Below are positions 10,719 to 20,184 of a stretch of 64,000 nucleotides of DNA, piece by piece. Under the pieces are notes generated by a model. The model did no database searches. It was not told the DNA's origin and worked only from the letters and a program-made list of their open reading frames with translations. This DNA is from Longimicrobiales bacterium (GTDB lineage: Bacteria; Gemmatimonadota; Gemmatimonadetes; Longimicrobiales; Gaopeijiaceae): assembly GCA_965202805.1 (NCBI GenBank), contig OZ241869.1, positions 1,824,001-1,888,000 on the forward strand. The letters run 5' to 3'. The stretch's first letter is position 1. Each line of letters starts with the position of its first letter. Made by a program: the position numbers and the translations under genes.

Positions 10719-10958
10719 ATGCTCATTTCAACACAAGACCTTATTCGAGCGTACACATCGATAGGCTATCACCACAACCGGGTTACCCCCAGGCTGCACA
10801 CGTTCACTAGGGGAGATGTCGCGATCTTGCATGAGGAAGCACAGCTAGGCAGCTTCGATGTCGGAATCCTCTTTGAGGATGCCCGGCAACGTGGCGTCAT
10901 CGACGAACTGGTGGAGGCACTCTTCGCGCAGGATTGGGAGTTGGCGGACTACGTGTAG
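10719..10958 (+). CDS. Small protein, possible divergent HicA-like toxin
   Basis: 79 aa, 5 bp after the HicB-like gene; STQDLIRAYTSIGY..R...H.F pattern resembles HicA. Confidence 0.4.
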   Translation: MLISTQDLIRAYTSIGYHHNRVTPRLHTFTRGDVAILHEEAQLGSFDVGILFEDARQRGVIDELVEALFAQDWELADYV

Positions 10959-10992
10959 TTGCCTGCGGCACAAACTCCGTGCTGTTGGATTT

Positions 10993-11046
10993 GCCAGAAA
11001 ACCCCGCCAGAACGCCCGTGAGCGCGTTCTGGCGGGGTTTTCTGGC
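10993..11046. terminator. Perfect 23-bp-arm hairpin, probable bidirectional terminator
   Basis: GCCAGAAAACCCCGCCAGAACGC-N8-GCGTTCTGGCGGGGTTTTCTGGC between convergent reading frames. Confidence 0.7.
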
Positions 11047-11048
11047 CT

Positions 11049-11172
11049 TTAGAACGCAGCGGCCTGTATCTTGACGAAGGCCTTGTGCTTGCCGGTCGCC
11101 ATGAACTTGCGCCCGTCAGCGAGGACCACGATGAAGGTGACGCGCTTCTTGTTTCCGCCCACGAGCGCGCCC
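11049..11172 (-). pseudogene. C-terminal fragment of a hypothetical protein
   Basis: Reads GALVGGNKKRVTFIVVLADGRKFMATGKHKAFVKIQAAAF-stop with coding-like codon use and no convincing start. Confidence 0.4.
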
Positions 11173-11231
11173 GTGTGGGCAAGTAGCGCTTCCGCCCAGT
11201 TCGCGTCAAGCACCCCGTACCGACTGCCGAG

Positions 11232-11444
11232 TCAAGCCAGCGTCAGGCGCTCACCCTTGGGCTCCGGGACGGGTCGTCCCAACTCGCGGGCCCGATCGAT
11301 CCAGAACCGCATCGCATCCTTGATGTTCCTCAAGGCGCTTTCCTGATCGGCCCCGTGTGCGATGCACCCGGGCAGCTCGGGCGCTTCGGCGACGAATGCT
11401 TCATCTTCGTTGCTCCAGTAGAGAATGATCCCGTACTTGTACAT
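11232..11444 (-). CDS. hicB: Type II TA HicB family antitoxin
   Basis: MYKYGIILYWSNEDEAFVAEAPELPGCIAHG..QESAL..W...GRPVPEP, a typical short HicB. Confidence 0.9.
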   Translation of the reverse strand: MYKYGIILYWSNEDEAFVAEAPELPGCIAHGADQESALRNIKDAMRFWIDRARELGRPVPEPKGERLTLA

Positions 11445-11515
11445 CAGTCGTCCGCTCCCAGCTTGTACTTGATGCCCTTCCGATGATGCTTGCCAAGTGC
11501 CTGGTACGCCATCGC
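11444..11515 (-). pseudogene. Decayed 3' remnant of the cognate HicA-type toxin
   Basis: Reads AMAYQ..IKYKLGADD-stop with a TGATG overlap onto the hicB start; resembles the AKxYQV..KYKL C-terminus of HicA-type toxins. Confidence 0.4.
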
Positions 11516-11741
11516 CACGCCTCCATGCCGAATCGCTATCCGTACATCGAATCTCGCACATCAACGGCGGCGTACCGGGAACGTCGTCTGAAGGCGGCGC
11601 CATGCCATTCGCGATTCCGAGGATGGCGTGAGGCGCGGATCCCGACCTCGCATCTTGAGCGTGTCCGTGGCGGAGCGTGTCCCTGTAGTAGGTGAATTCG
11701 CAGGAATTGGGAGCGCGCGCGCTTCCCGGCTGGAGGATGCC

Positions 11742-12995
11742 ATGAACCGGTCCCGTTTCCCTCGGCTCTCCCGGCACCGGCCGGGAACGATCGCCCTCGC
11801 AGGTTGCGTCGTGCTGGCCGGCGTCGCGGCGCTGACCACCGCCTCAACCCGTCCCTCACCTCCCATGCCGGAGGAAGAGCTTGGGCGGCTGCTCTTCTGG
11901 GACCCGGTCCTGTCGGGTCCCCTGGACGTGTCCTGCGCCACCTGCCATCACCCCGATTTCGCATACGCCGATGGGCGCGCCCTGTCGCTGGGTCCGGGGG
12001 CGGTCGGCCTCGGTCCGGATCGTGTGGACCTGAGCGACGGGGCGGTTCCCGTCGCACAGCGCAACTCGCCCACGCTGCTCAACGTCGCGTACAACGGGCT
12101 CGACCGGCAGCGCAGGCGGCGCCGGGGCGGGCCGCGCTTCACCCCACTGCCGGCGGACCTCGAGGCCGTCAATTCCGAGCGGGCTCCCATGTTCTGGGAC
12201 CGGCGCGCGCGCAGCCTGGAGACGCAGGCGCTGCTCCCGCTCACCATCCGCGAGGAGATGCGGGGCGATGCCTACCCCGAGGAGGTCGCGGTCGACTCGG
12301 TCGTGGCCCGGCTGCGGGTGATCCCCGAGTACGTGAGCCTCTTCCGGGAAGTGTACGGCGAGGAGACCTCCATCGACGCCACGCAGGTTGCGGGCGCCAT
12401 CGCGGCCTTCGAGCGCACCCTGGTTGCGCGCAACAGCCCCTTCGACCGCTTCCTGGCCGGGGATGAGGACGCGCTCACCGTTCAGCAGCGCCGCGGTCTC
12501 GACGAGTTCAACCAGGCCGACTGCTCGGATTGCCACCGGGGCCCGATGCTCTCCGACTTCAACATGCACGCCGAGGGGGTGGCCGAGAACCCGCTGCTTG
12601 CCGAGCCCGACGCGGGAGACGGGCGCTTCCGCTTCCGCACCCCGACCCTTCGCAACGTCGCCGTCACCGCGCCCTACATGCACAACGGGATGATCGGGAC
12701 GCTGGAGGAAGTTCTCGCCTTCTACGACCGCGGGCGCTCCGAGAACCCCAACGTTTCCAACCGGCGCCGGCGGCGCGGCGACGACGACCGCAGGGACGAT
12801 GCTCCGCGCACGCCCGGCAGTCTCTCGGGACGGTTCCGCGGCGTGGACGACATGACGGTGCAGCAGCAGGAGGACATCATCGCGTTCCTCGAAGCGCTGA
12901 CCGATCCCGACTTCGACCGCACGATCCCGGTGCGGGTCCCCAGCGGGCTGACGCCCGGGGGCAACATCTCCATGGCGGAGGTCACGAATCGTTAG
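11742..12995 (+). CDS. Di-heme cytochrome c peroxidase / MauG family
   Basis: Two CxxCH motifs (CATCH, CSDCH), RNSPTLLN, FWDRRA, FRTPTLRNV..TAPYMHNG; signal peptide. Confidence 0.9.
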   Translation: MNRSRFPRLSRHRPGTIALAGCVVLAGVAALTTASTRPSPPMPEEELGRLLFWDPVLSGPLDVSCATCHHPDFAYADGRALSLGPGAVGLGPDRVDLSDGAVPVAQRNSPTLLNVAYNGLDRQRRRRRGGPRFTPLPADLEAVNSERAPMFWDRRARSLETQALLPLTIREEMRGDAYPEEVAVDSVVARLRVIPEYVSLFREVYGEETSIDATQVAGAIAAFERTLVARNSPFDRFLAGDEDALTVQQRRGLDEFNQADCSDCHRGPMLSDFNMHAEGVAENPLLAEPDAGDGRFRFRTPTLRNVAVTAPYMHNGMIGTLEEVLAFYDRGRSENPNVSNRRRRRGDDDRRDDAPRTPGSLSGRFRGVDDMTVQQQEDIIAFLEALTDPDFDRTIPVRVPSGLTPGGNISMAEVTNR

Positions 12996-13184
12996 GCCAG
13001 GAGCGCGCGACCGTCTTGAATGGGACTGGGTCCATGGCCGTTTGGCTACGTGCGAGTCACGTCACCAGGACGGAGCGAGCGCGCACGGACGCTTCGTTGA
13101 GTCGAGTCGTGGCGGGCTTTCGAGGGCGACGGTACCTTACTGGGCATTCCCGCGTCACGAAGCAGCGTCGGAGAGGCCCGCCGA

Positions 13185-14798
13185 ATGAACACCAGTCAAG
13201 TGTACACGGGCCCGGGTCGCACGGATGGCGGCGATTACCGGCTCAGAATCAAGGACTTCGGTTCTATCGAACGCGCCGATGTCGAATTCCGCCCTCTTAC
13301 CGTCTTTGTGGGGCCAAGCAACACGGGGAAGTCGTACCTGGCGACGCTGAGCTACGCCTTGCATCGGTATTTCGCGGCCGAAGCCGATCCGTATCGGTGG
13401 AACTTCCGACGGCTGTTGCTGGCCCATCGTGACCCGGATGGAGGGACGGATGGAGCCCCGACGTCGGAGCCTCCCTACGAACTGGCATCGTGGACCTCAA
13501 CCGTTACCGAGGAAGATGACCTGCCCCGTCTTCCCGGTTCGGTCGTTGAGGCGGTGCGTGCCGAGATTGAGAAAGGCGACCGTGTAGCCGATTCGCTACG
13601 AGCGGAAATCACCCGGTCGTTCGGCACCGATGGCATCAAGGAACTGGTTCGCCGTAAAGGGTCAGGTGCCGCAGAGGTCGTAGTAATCCCGTCCCGACCG
13701 GTGGACGTCGGACTGTTGAGCTATAGCATCCGAATGGTTGGCGATCAGATGGATGTTGAGGGAAGAGCGGCAGACTCAGTCGATCCGCTTGCTGGCACCA
13801 GCCAGTCGCCTGATGCCAAGCGCTGGACGCATATCTTGCGACGCGAGGCCCTACGTTACCAGGCGTTGGAAGCGGGCGGACGGACCGAGGAACGTAGCCG
13901 GACGTTGAATCTCAATCGGGTGTTGCACCAGTTGGCCGAGGCGGCCCGGCAACCGGTGGTTGGCCCGCTGCAGCGACTGGCGTATTACCTCCCCGCAGAC
14001 CGGACGGGGATCATGCACAGCCACAAGATGGTGGTCGCTGCGCTGGTGCAGAGCGCAGCCAGGGCCGGACTGCAGCAAACGCCGGATGTACCGACGCTCT
14101 CCGGGGTGCTGACTGACTTCTTGGAGGAACTCCTTCGCATGGGTGACACGAACGGGCCAAGCCAAAGGCACGGAATCGGCAGACGTGTCGCCTCGCGGCT
14201 CGAAGAGGCCGTCCTGGGGGGCACCGTGCGGGTCGAGTCATCGGACAGCAACTATCCTCAATTCCTTTACCGGCCACAGGGATGGAGCAGCGATTTGGCC
14301 CTGATGAGATCGTCGTCGATGGTTTCCGAGCTTGCTCCTCTTGTCCTCTACCTACGCCATGTTGTGGGACGGGGAGATGTCCTCATCATTGAGGAACCGG
14401 AGTCGCACCTTCATCCCGCCATGCAGGTCGAAGTCATCGGTTGGGTGGCGAGAATAGTACGTGCCGGGGTGCGCGTGATCGTAACCACACACAGTGAGTG
14501 GGTGCTGGACGCACTTGCCAACATGGTGCGCGCGTCGCGCATCAACGGAACAGCCCAACCCACTGACGACCAAGGCCCCGTTCTCCATGCACAGGAGGTG
14601 GGCGCGTGGCGCTTTGTGCCTGCCACGGCCGCACGCGGCGTGGTTGTCGAGGAAATCGAGATCGACGACGATGGGATGTACCCTTCGGGATTCGACGAAG
14701 TCGCGATGAGTCTTCACAACCAGTGGGCGGAACTCGAAAGCCGTGCAAGCCAGTCTGATTTGTGGGCAGAGCCTCGGCAGTGTGTTGGTCGACAGTGA
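13185..14798 (+). CDS. AAA family ATPase (AAA_15/AAA_21, ABC-type, often defence-associated)
   Basis: IKDFGSI, Walker A GPSNTGKS, Walker B IIEEPESHLHP, VTTHS; lower GC than the flanks. Confidence 0.85.
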   Translation: MNTSQVYTGPGRTDGGDYRLRIKDFGSIERADVEFRPLTVFVGPSNTGKSYLATLSYALHRYFAAEADPYRWNFRRLLLAHRDPDGGTDGAPTSEPPYELASWTSTVTEEDDLPRLPGSVVEAVRAEIEKGDRVADSLRAEITRSFGTDGIKELVRRKGSGAAEVVVIPSRPVDVGLLSYSIRMVGDQMDVEGRAADSVDPLAGTSQSPDAKRWTHILRREALRYQALEAGGRTEERSRTLNLNRVLHQLAEAARQPVVGPLQRLAYYLPADRTGIMHSHKMVVAALVQSAARAGLQQTPDVPTLSGVLTDFLEELLRMGDTNGPSQRHGIGRRVASRLEEAVLGGTVRVESSDSNYPQFLYRPQGWSSDLALMRSSSMVSELAPLVLYLRHVVGRGDVLIIEEPESHLHPAMQVEVIGWVARIVRAGVRVIVTTHSEWVLDALANMVRASRINGTAQPTDDQGPVLHAQEVGAWRFVPATAARGVVVEEIEIDDDGMYPSGFDEVAMSLHNQWAELESRASQSDLWAEPRQCVGRQ

Positions 14799-14859
14799 AG
14801 TCGTCACTACTCAACAGTAAACACCAGTAGACACCAGCATTCTGCGAACGAGAAACCGG
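14791..14859 (+). repeat. Direct repeat, copy 1 (degenerate duplicate of the amidohydrolase 5' region)
   Basis: GACAGTGAAGTCGTCACTACTCAACAGTAAACACCAGTAGACACCA..CTGCGAACGAGAAACCGG matches 20112-20184. Confidence 0.9.
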
Positions 14860-15012
14860 TCCAGTCTACCAGGTCGTCAGCGGGTTGGAGCAACCCGCCT
14901 CGAAGATGACACCCGAGATGCGGCTACCGGATCCGTGATGCTTCTGCTCAACCGGTCGCAGTGAGGCGGACGGGGTGCCGGGGAGCGTTGTAGCCTTGCC
15001 CGCCGAGCAGGC

Positions 15013-15915
15013 TTGCGACATCGTGGGGCCACTTCTGCCACATTACTTCCGGATCGTCGATGCTCCCCAACCCAAGGTAACTCGGTGTCTCCCCCTTCCC
15101 ATGAGTCGCTTCAGGCCACCACGGCCGACCACCGGTACGGTCGCCCTTCAATCCTCAGACGGCTGTTGCGCGCCCTGACCAAGAGCGCCCGCAATCCAGC
15201 TTTGGCCTTCCGCGTGCTCTGGCCCCGCTTGTCCCCGTTTGCCGCGAAATCTCCCGATCCCCAGTTCCGGCGTGCGGTCAGATGGTCCTTCGGTACCCTC
15301 AAGCGGGAACACATGAACGCAGTGTTTCCAGGGATCGAGGCGGTGGATGTCCGCATCGTCCGTTCGTTCGACCGCGAGCCACTGCTGTCGATGTTCCCGA
15401 CCGAGGTTGTCGTGCTGGCCGCGATGGTGCGGAAGCTGAAGCCGCTACGCCTACTGGAAATCGGTACCTTCGAAGGGAATACATCGGTCAACCTGATTGC
15501 CAACGCACCGTCCGACGCTCGCATGGTCACCGTCGATCTTCCGCCCGATTGGGATGGCGAGTATGCGCAAAACGTGCCGAGCATCCACGTGAACGCGGCG
15601 GTCGGGGTTCAGATCGGGAGGCAGTTCCTGGATTCGCCGTACAGGGACCGGGTAACTCAGGTGTTCGAGGATTCCGGGACGTTCGACTGGACGTCACACG
15701 CGCCTTACGACTTCATCCTGATCGATGGCTGCCACACCTATGAGTACGCCCTCTCCGACACCCGAAATGCGCTCGAAGTCCTGCGCCCAGGCGGCGTTAT
15801 CGTGTGGCACGACTATGGGATGCTTGAGGACGTCAGCCGGCTGGTAGACGAGATGTCGCAGCAGATGGTCGTTCGAGCTATTCAGGGCACCCGTATCGCC
15901 GTGGGGTTTCCGTAG
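15013..15915 (+). CDS. Class I SAM-dependent methyltransferase (Methyltransf_24-like); start uncertain
   Basis: LLEIGTFEG, DFILIDGCHTYE, LRPGGVIVWHDY. Confidence 0.8.
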   Translation: MRHRGATSATLLPDRRCSPTQGNSVSPPSHESLQATTADHRYGRPSILRRLLRALTKSARNPALAFRVLWPRLSPFAAKSPDPQFRRAVRWSFGTLKREHMNAVFPGIEAVDVRIVRSFDREPLLSMFPTEVVVLAAMVRKLKPLRLLEIGTFEGNTSVNLIANAPSDARMVTVDLPPDWDGEYAQNVPSIHVNAAVGVQIGRQFLDSPYRDRVTQVFEDSGTFDWTSHAPYDFILIDGCHTYEYALSDTRNALEVLRPGGVIVWHDYGMLEDVSRLVDEMSQQMVVRAIQGTRIAVGFP

Positions 15916-15936
15916 GACCAAGCCCTCCCACCAAGG

Positions 15937-16416
15937 TCAGCCGCGGGACTTTGCGGTCTCGTCGGTGTCGGTTGTCCCGGATGATGTATCGTCATCGTGG
16001 GGCCGGACCATCATGACGCGTCCCGGCACGCCGAGGACGATTCCATACGCGGGCACATCGGCCATCACCAGGGTATTGGCTCCCACCGTCGCCATCCGAC
16101 CGATGCGCACACCCGGGAGTATCGTCGCCTTCACCCCGATATAGGCGTCATCTTCGATCACCACCGGCGCCGCCTTCTTGAGGTTGTACGCCTTCTCCAG
16201 CCTGGAGTGAACGGCGGTGACTTCGCCTAGTATCGAGACCGCGTTGCAGATGGTTACGCGGGCGCCGATCTCGATCATGTCGGGCCGAGTAACCTGAAGA
16301 TTGCGATCAATGGTGGTCTGCGGCCCGATTCGCATCCCCGAGAGCCGGTAAAGGGCGGCTCGGCGTCCCTGGGGGAAGGGAAGCAGCGCAGCCAGGTATC
16401 GAATGACTTTATTCAT
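15937..16416 (-). CDS. Hexapeptide-repeat (left-handed beta-helix) O-acyltransferase
   Basis: PVVIEDDAYIGVKATILPGVRIG..VGAN..V..DVP..GVPGR. Confidence 0.85.
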   Translation of the reverse strand: MNKVIRYLAALLPFPQGRRAALYRLSGMRIGPQTTIDRNLQVTRPDMIEIGARVTICNAVSILGEVTAVHSRLEKAYNLKKAAPVVIEDDAYIGVKATILPGVRIGRMATVGANTLVMADVPAYGIVLGVPGRVMMVRPHDDDTSSGTTDTDETAKSRG

Positions 16417-16828
16417 CGCTCTCCTGCCCCACCTTGACCGATGCCGAACCGGTCAGGGCCGCTACTCCGTCGTGTTCACGCCGCGCGACGAACTTGACGA
16501 GCATCGATTCGGTCGCAGGAGACACGTGGGCGACGACTGTCTCGAATACCACCGCCTCTCCCACGTATACCGGGGCCTTGAAATCGAACTGGTACGAGAG
16601 GCACAGGGCTCCCGGTCCCGGAAGCTGCGTACCGATGATCCGGCTGATCTCGGCCAGCAGCACACCCGCGTACGCAACGCGCCTGGGGAAACCGAACCGC
16701 TGGGCAGAGCGATCGTCTACATGAATCGGGTTCTGATCCCCGGATAGCTCGGCGAAGCCCCGCATGTTCTCCTCGCCCACGATGATGCGGGAGATGTAGC
16801 GGTCGTTGAGGCGGTAGGTCGCGGCCAT
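16409..16828 (-). CDS. MaoC family dehydratase
   Basis: FAELSGDQNPIHVD, LPGPG, FKAPVYVG. Confidence 0.85.
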   Translation of the reverse strand: MAATYRLNDRYISRIIVGEENMRGFAELSGDQNPIHVDDRSAQRFGFPRRVAYAGVLLAEISRIIGTQLPGPGALCLSYQFDFKAPVYVGEAVVFETVVAHVSPATESMLVKFVARREHDGVAALTGSASVKVGQESDE

Positions 16829-17053
16829 GTCGTTAGGAGCCGAGGCTGCCGGAAGGGATGTGCTTCGGGGGGGACGGACATCGGAACGTGGCGCGAAAAC
16901 ATACCGGCTTGTTCGAAGGCGGACAACGGAACTCGCCTGACGAGCCACGGGTCGGAGACGGTTGTGTTCCGCGTCGCGGAAGCCCGGTTTCCGAACCCGC
17001 GCCAGAGGGGTTTGAGGGCGCCTTCCCCTCGGCTGCGCGTGACTGCTAGTTTC

Positions 17054-18994
17054 ATGTTCACCGCCCGCCCCTCTTCAGATCTGCGCGACCCCGTGACCGA
17101 CACTTCCTCCAGCCACATCCTGGCCGAGCGTCTCGCACGGGCGGCGGAGACGGAAGACTGGGCCACGTTTGTTTCTGCTGTCCGCGACGCCGGGCCGGGC
17201 CTGATCGCCGATCTGTCGCTCGCGACGATGGTTCAGCGGGTGACGGGTCGCCTCGACATCGAGGCGCTCCCGCAGGGGTTTCGCCCACTGCGGGTTGCCG
17301 TGCTTCGCAACGCGACGCTCGAGCCCGCGTTGCCCGCGGTCACGGTGGCGCTCGTTCAGCGCGGTTTCGTCCCGGAGTTTCGGCTGGGAGACTTCGACGT
17401 CTACGAGCCCTACGCGGAGGGGCTCGGCGAGCGGCGGCGGGAGCACCTGGCGGGGGCCGATGTCGCGTTCGTGTACTGGGATCCGGACCAGCTGGCGGGC
17501 GATGCCCTGTTCGCCCCGCCGGACGACTTCTTCGAGGTACTGCGCGCCCGTATCACGGCGATTCTGGAGGGGCTCGTCGAACGTGTGGACGGTTCCGTCA
17601 TCGTCGCCAACCTCGCACCCGCCATGCACGACGTGTTCGGAGCGCGCGGCGCGCGGGATCCGCACAGTTGGCCACAGGTCGCCCGCCGCCTGAACCTGGC
17701 GCTGGCCGACTTCGCCGCGGCAAGGGACTCGGTCGCCGTGCTCGACCTTGCCCACGCGGTCGCCCGTATTGGCGTGTCGGGCTACCGGGACGCGCGCACC
17801 TACTACCCGTCGAGGGTCGCGTTCAGCGCGGCCTTCGCGCCCCGGTTCGCGACGGCGTTTGCATCCACGGTGGCCGCCGCGTTGTCCCAGCCCCGCAAGT
17901 GCCTCGTGCTCGACTGCGACAACACCCTGTGGGGCGGCGTCCTTGGGGAGGATGGCCCCGAGGGCGTCCACATTGGGACGGAATACCCGGGAAGCCTGTA
18001 CCGCCTCTTTCAGCTTCATCTCAAGGCTCTCCACGGCCAGGGGTTCCTCCTGGCCCTCAACAGCAAGAACGACGAAGCCGAGGTTCTCGCCTTCCTTCGG
18101 TCCTCCCCCGACATGGTGCTCCGCGAGGAGCACATCGCCACCCATCGCATCAACTGGGGCGACAAGGCCGAGAACATCCGCGGCATCGCCGCCGACCTGA
18201 ACATCGGCATCGACTCGCTCATTTTCATCGACGACAGCGACGTTGAGTGCGAGCGGGTGCGTCAGGCTCTGCCCGAGGTGCAGGTTGAGCGGTTTCCGGG
18301 TGTGCCCCTCAAGATCCCCGGCTTCATCGACTCGCTCCGCGGAACCGAGATTCTGCGGGTAACGGAGGACGATCTGCGGCGCTCGGAGTCGCTGCGCGCC
18401 GACATCCACCGCCGCGCGCTGCGCGAGCGGGTGGGCGGCTACCGGGAGTTCCTGGAGAGCCTGGGCATCGAGCTTGCCATCCGGTGTGGTGCGTCGGCTC
18501 ATGTCGAACGGATCAGTCAACTGACGCAGCGGACCAACCAGTTCAACCTCACCACCCGCCGTTATTCGGTGGCCCAGCTACGCGCCATGCTGGAGCGCGA
18601 CCGGGTGTACACCATGGCGATGCGCGACCGGTTTTCCGATTACGGGACCGTCGGGGTCGCCATCGTCAGGGACACGGAACGCCCCGGGGAGGCCGAGATC
18701 GACTCGCTGTTGATGAGTTGCCGTGCCTTTGGTCGCCGCATCGAGGAGACCTTCCTCGGGGTGGTGCTCGACGATCTCGCGGCGGGCGGTGTCCAGCGCG
18801 TGACCGCGGCCTACCGGCCCACCGAGCGAAACGCCATGGTGCGGGACTTCTTCCCGCTTCTCGGGTTCGAGCCCTGTCCCTGTCCGGCGGGCGAGTCCGG
18901 GGACGCCGGGATGTACTATCTTCTGCGGCTGCCACGCGATCCTGCGGCATTCGACGAGCTTCCACACGCGATGACCTTCAGCACGCGATCCTGA
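17054..18994 (+). CDS. HAD-IIIC family phosphatase, FkbH-like glyceryl transferase
   Basis: KCLVLDCDNTLWGG, SKND, INWGDK, FIDDS, QRTNQFNLT, DRFSDYG, LMSCR. Start is 17054 or GTG 17093. Confidence 0.9.
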   Translation: MFTARPSSDLRDPVTDTSSSHILAERLARAAETEDWATFVSAVRDAGPGLIADLSLATMVQRVTGRLDIEALPQGFRPLRVAVLRNATLEPALPAVTVALVQRGFVPEFRLGDFDVYEPYAEGLGERRREHLAGADVAFVYWDPDQLAGDALFAPPDDFFEVLRARITAILEGLVERVDGSVIVANLAPAMHDVFGARGARDPHSWPQVARRLNLALADFAAARDSVAVLDLAHAVARIGVSGYRDARTYYPSRVAFSAAFAPRFATAFASTVAAALSQPRKCLVLDCDNTLWGGVLGEDGPEGVHIGTEYPGSLYRLFQLHLKALHGQGFLLALNSKNDEAEVLAFLRSSPDMVLREEHIATHRINWGDKAENIRGIAADLNIGIDSLIFIDDSDVECERVRQALPEVQVERFPGVPLKIPGFIDSLRGTEILRVTEDDLRRSESLRADIHRRALRERVGGYREFLESLGIELAIRCGASAHVERISQLTQRTNQFNLTTRRYSVAQLRAMLERDRVYTMAMRDRFSDYGTVGVAIVRDTERPGEAEIDSLLMSCRAFGRRIEETFLGVVLDDLAAGGVQRVTAAYRPTERNAMVRDFFPLLGFEPCPCPAGESGDAGMYYLLRLPRDPAAFDELPHAMTFSTRS

Positions 18995-19007
18995 GGAGAG
19001 GAGCCCG

Positions 19008-19250
19008 ATGACGGTACACGATCGATTGGCGCGCATCTTCCAGCTTCAATTCGGCGTACTGGTGCCGCCCGACGGGGACATGGGCGCGGAGACCGATGGC
19101 GCCTGGGATTCGCTCGCGCACATCAATCTGATTCTTGCGGTCGAGCAGGAATTCGCAGTGGTGCTGTCCCCGGAAGAGGCGGGTAGAGCCTCGTCCTTCC
19201 GGGCGATGAGGGCGCTCATCGAGTCCAGAACGCAAGGACGGCCGGCGTGA
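19008..19250 (+). CDS. Acyl carrier protein
   Basis: 80 aa with WDSLAHINLILAVEQEF phosphopantetheine motif; follows FkbH. Confidence 0.85.
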   Translation: MTVHDRLARIFQLQFGVLVPPDGDMGAETDGAWDSLAHINLILAVEQEFAVVLSPEEAGRASSFRAMRALIESRTQGRPA

Positions 19251-20098
19251 ATACCCTCGCATTCCGCTTCGACGTGGACTCCGTGCGCTGCTGCAGGGTG
19301 GGCATTCCACGTCTGATGGACGCGGCGGACCGGCTGGGCGTACGCTTCACCTTCTTCTTGAACCTGGGCTCAACCTTCAACTGGAGGCATACGCTCAGGC
19401 ACGTGGCGCGCAAACAACTGCGCAGGGTCGCGCCGACTGCGCCCGGCCCGGCTTCGATGCCGACCCTGGCCAAGCTCGGGGCGGTGGGCGTGCTTGAGAC
19501 CATGCTGCTGAATCCCTGGCTGGGAAATCGATTCCGGACCGTCTTCGGACGGCTCTTCGATGCCGGCCACGAACTCGGGCTGCATGGCGGCACCGACCAC
19601 GCGCTCTGGCAGCGCGCCCTGGACGAACTCTCCGACCGACAGCTCGATGCACTGCTGAGGCCCGCGTACGAGAGTTTTCAGAGGGACTACGGCAAGCCGC
19701 ATGGCCTGGCCAGTCCCGGTTTCCGCTACGACGACCGTGTTCTGAGCCTGACCGACAGCTACGGCTTCACCTATGGCTCCGACATGCCCGGGGAAAAGCC
19801 CTTCCGACCCAGCGTAGGGGGCCGTGAGCTGGTCCACTATCAGGTTCCCGTGAATGTGGTCGGCGACGGCACGGTGCCGCTGGTCGAACAAATGCTGGCG
19901 CTGGGGCGAGCCGATGGAGAGATCGTCCGGTCGGCGGCGGATGCCATCCGCAAGCGCGACTTCGCGCTCATGTACGGCCATCCCTTCGTCGAAGGAGTGC
20001 GGGCGGACCTGATCGAGCGCATCGTGGGCGAAGTAAGGGACACGCATGATGTGGTCACGGTTCAGGAGTACCTCGCAAGATGGCGGCGGCGTGCGTGA
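19247..20098 (+). CDS. Polysaccharide deacetylase family (ArnD-like)
   Basis: FRFDVDS, FTFF, HELGLHG, SPGF, YGSD; GTGA overlap with ACP. Confidence 0.75.
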   Translation: MNTLAFRFDVDSVRCCRVGIPRLMDAADRLGVRFTFFLNLGSTFNWRHTLRHVARKQLRRVAPTAPGPASMPTLAKLGAVGVLETMLLNPWLGNRFRTVFGRLFDAGHELGLHGGTDHALWQRALDELSDRQLDALLRPAYESFQRDYGKPHGLASPGFRYDDRVLSLTDSYGFTYGSDMPGEKPFRPSVGGRELVHYQVPVNVVGDGTVPLVEQMLALGRADGEIVRSAADAIRKRDFALMYGHPFVEGVRADLIERIVGEVRDTHDVVTVQEYLARWRRRA

Positions 20099-20111
20099 AA
20101 GGAGCCGGGCG

Positions 20112-20184
20112 GACAGTGAAGTCGTCACTACTCACCAGTAAACACCAGTAGACACCATGTCAGCACCTGCGAACGAGAAACCGG
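20112..20184 (+). repeat. Direct repeat, copy 2 (contains the amidohydrolase ATG)
   Basis: Matches 14791-14859; only this copy has the ATG at 20157. Confidence 0.9.
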
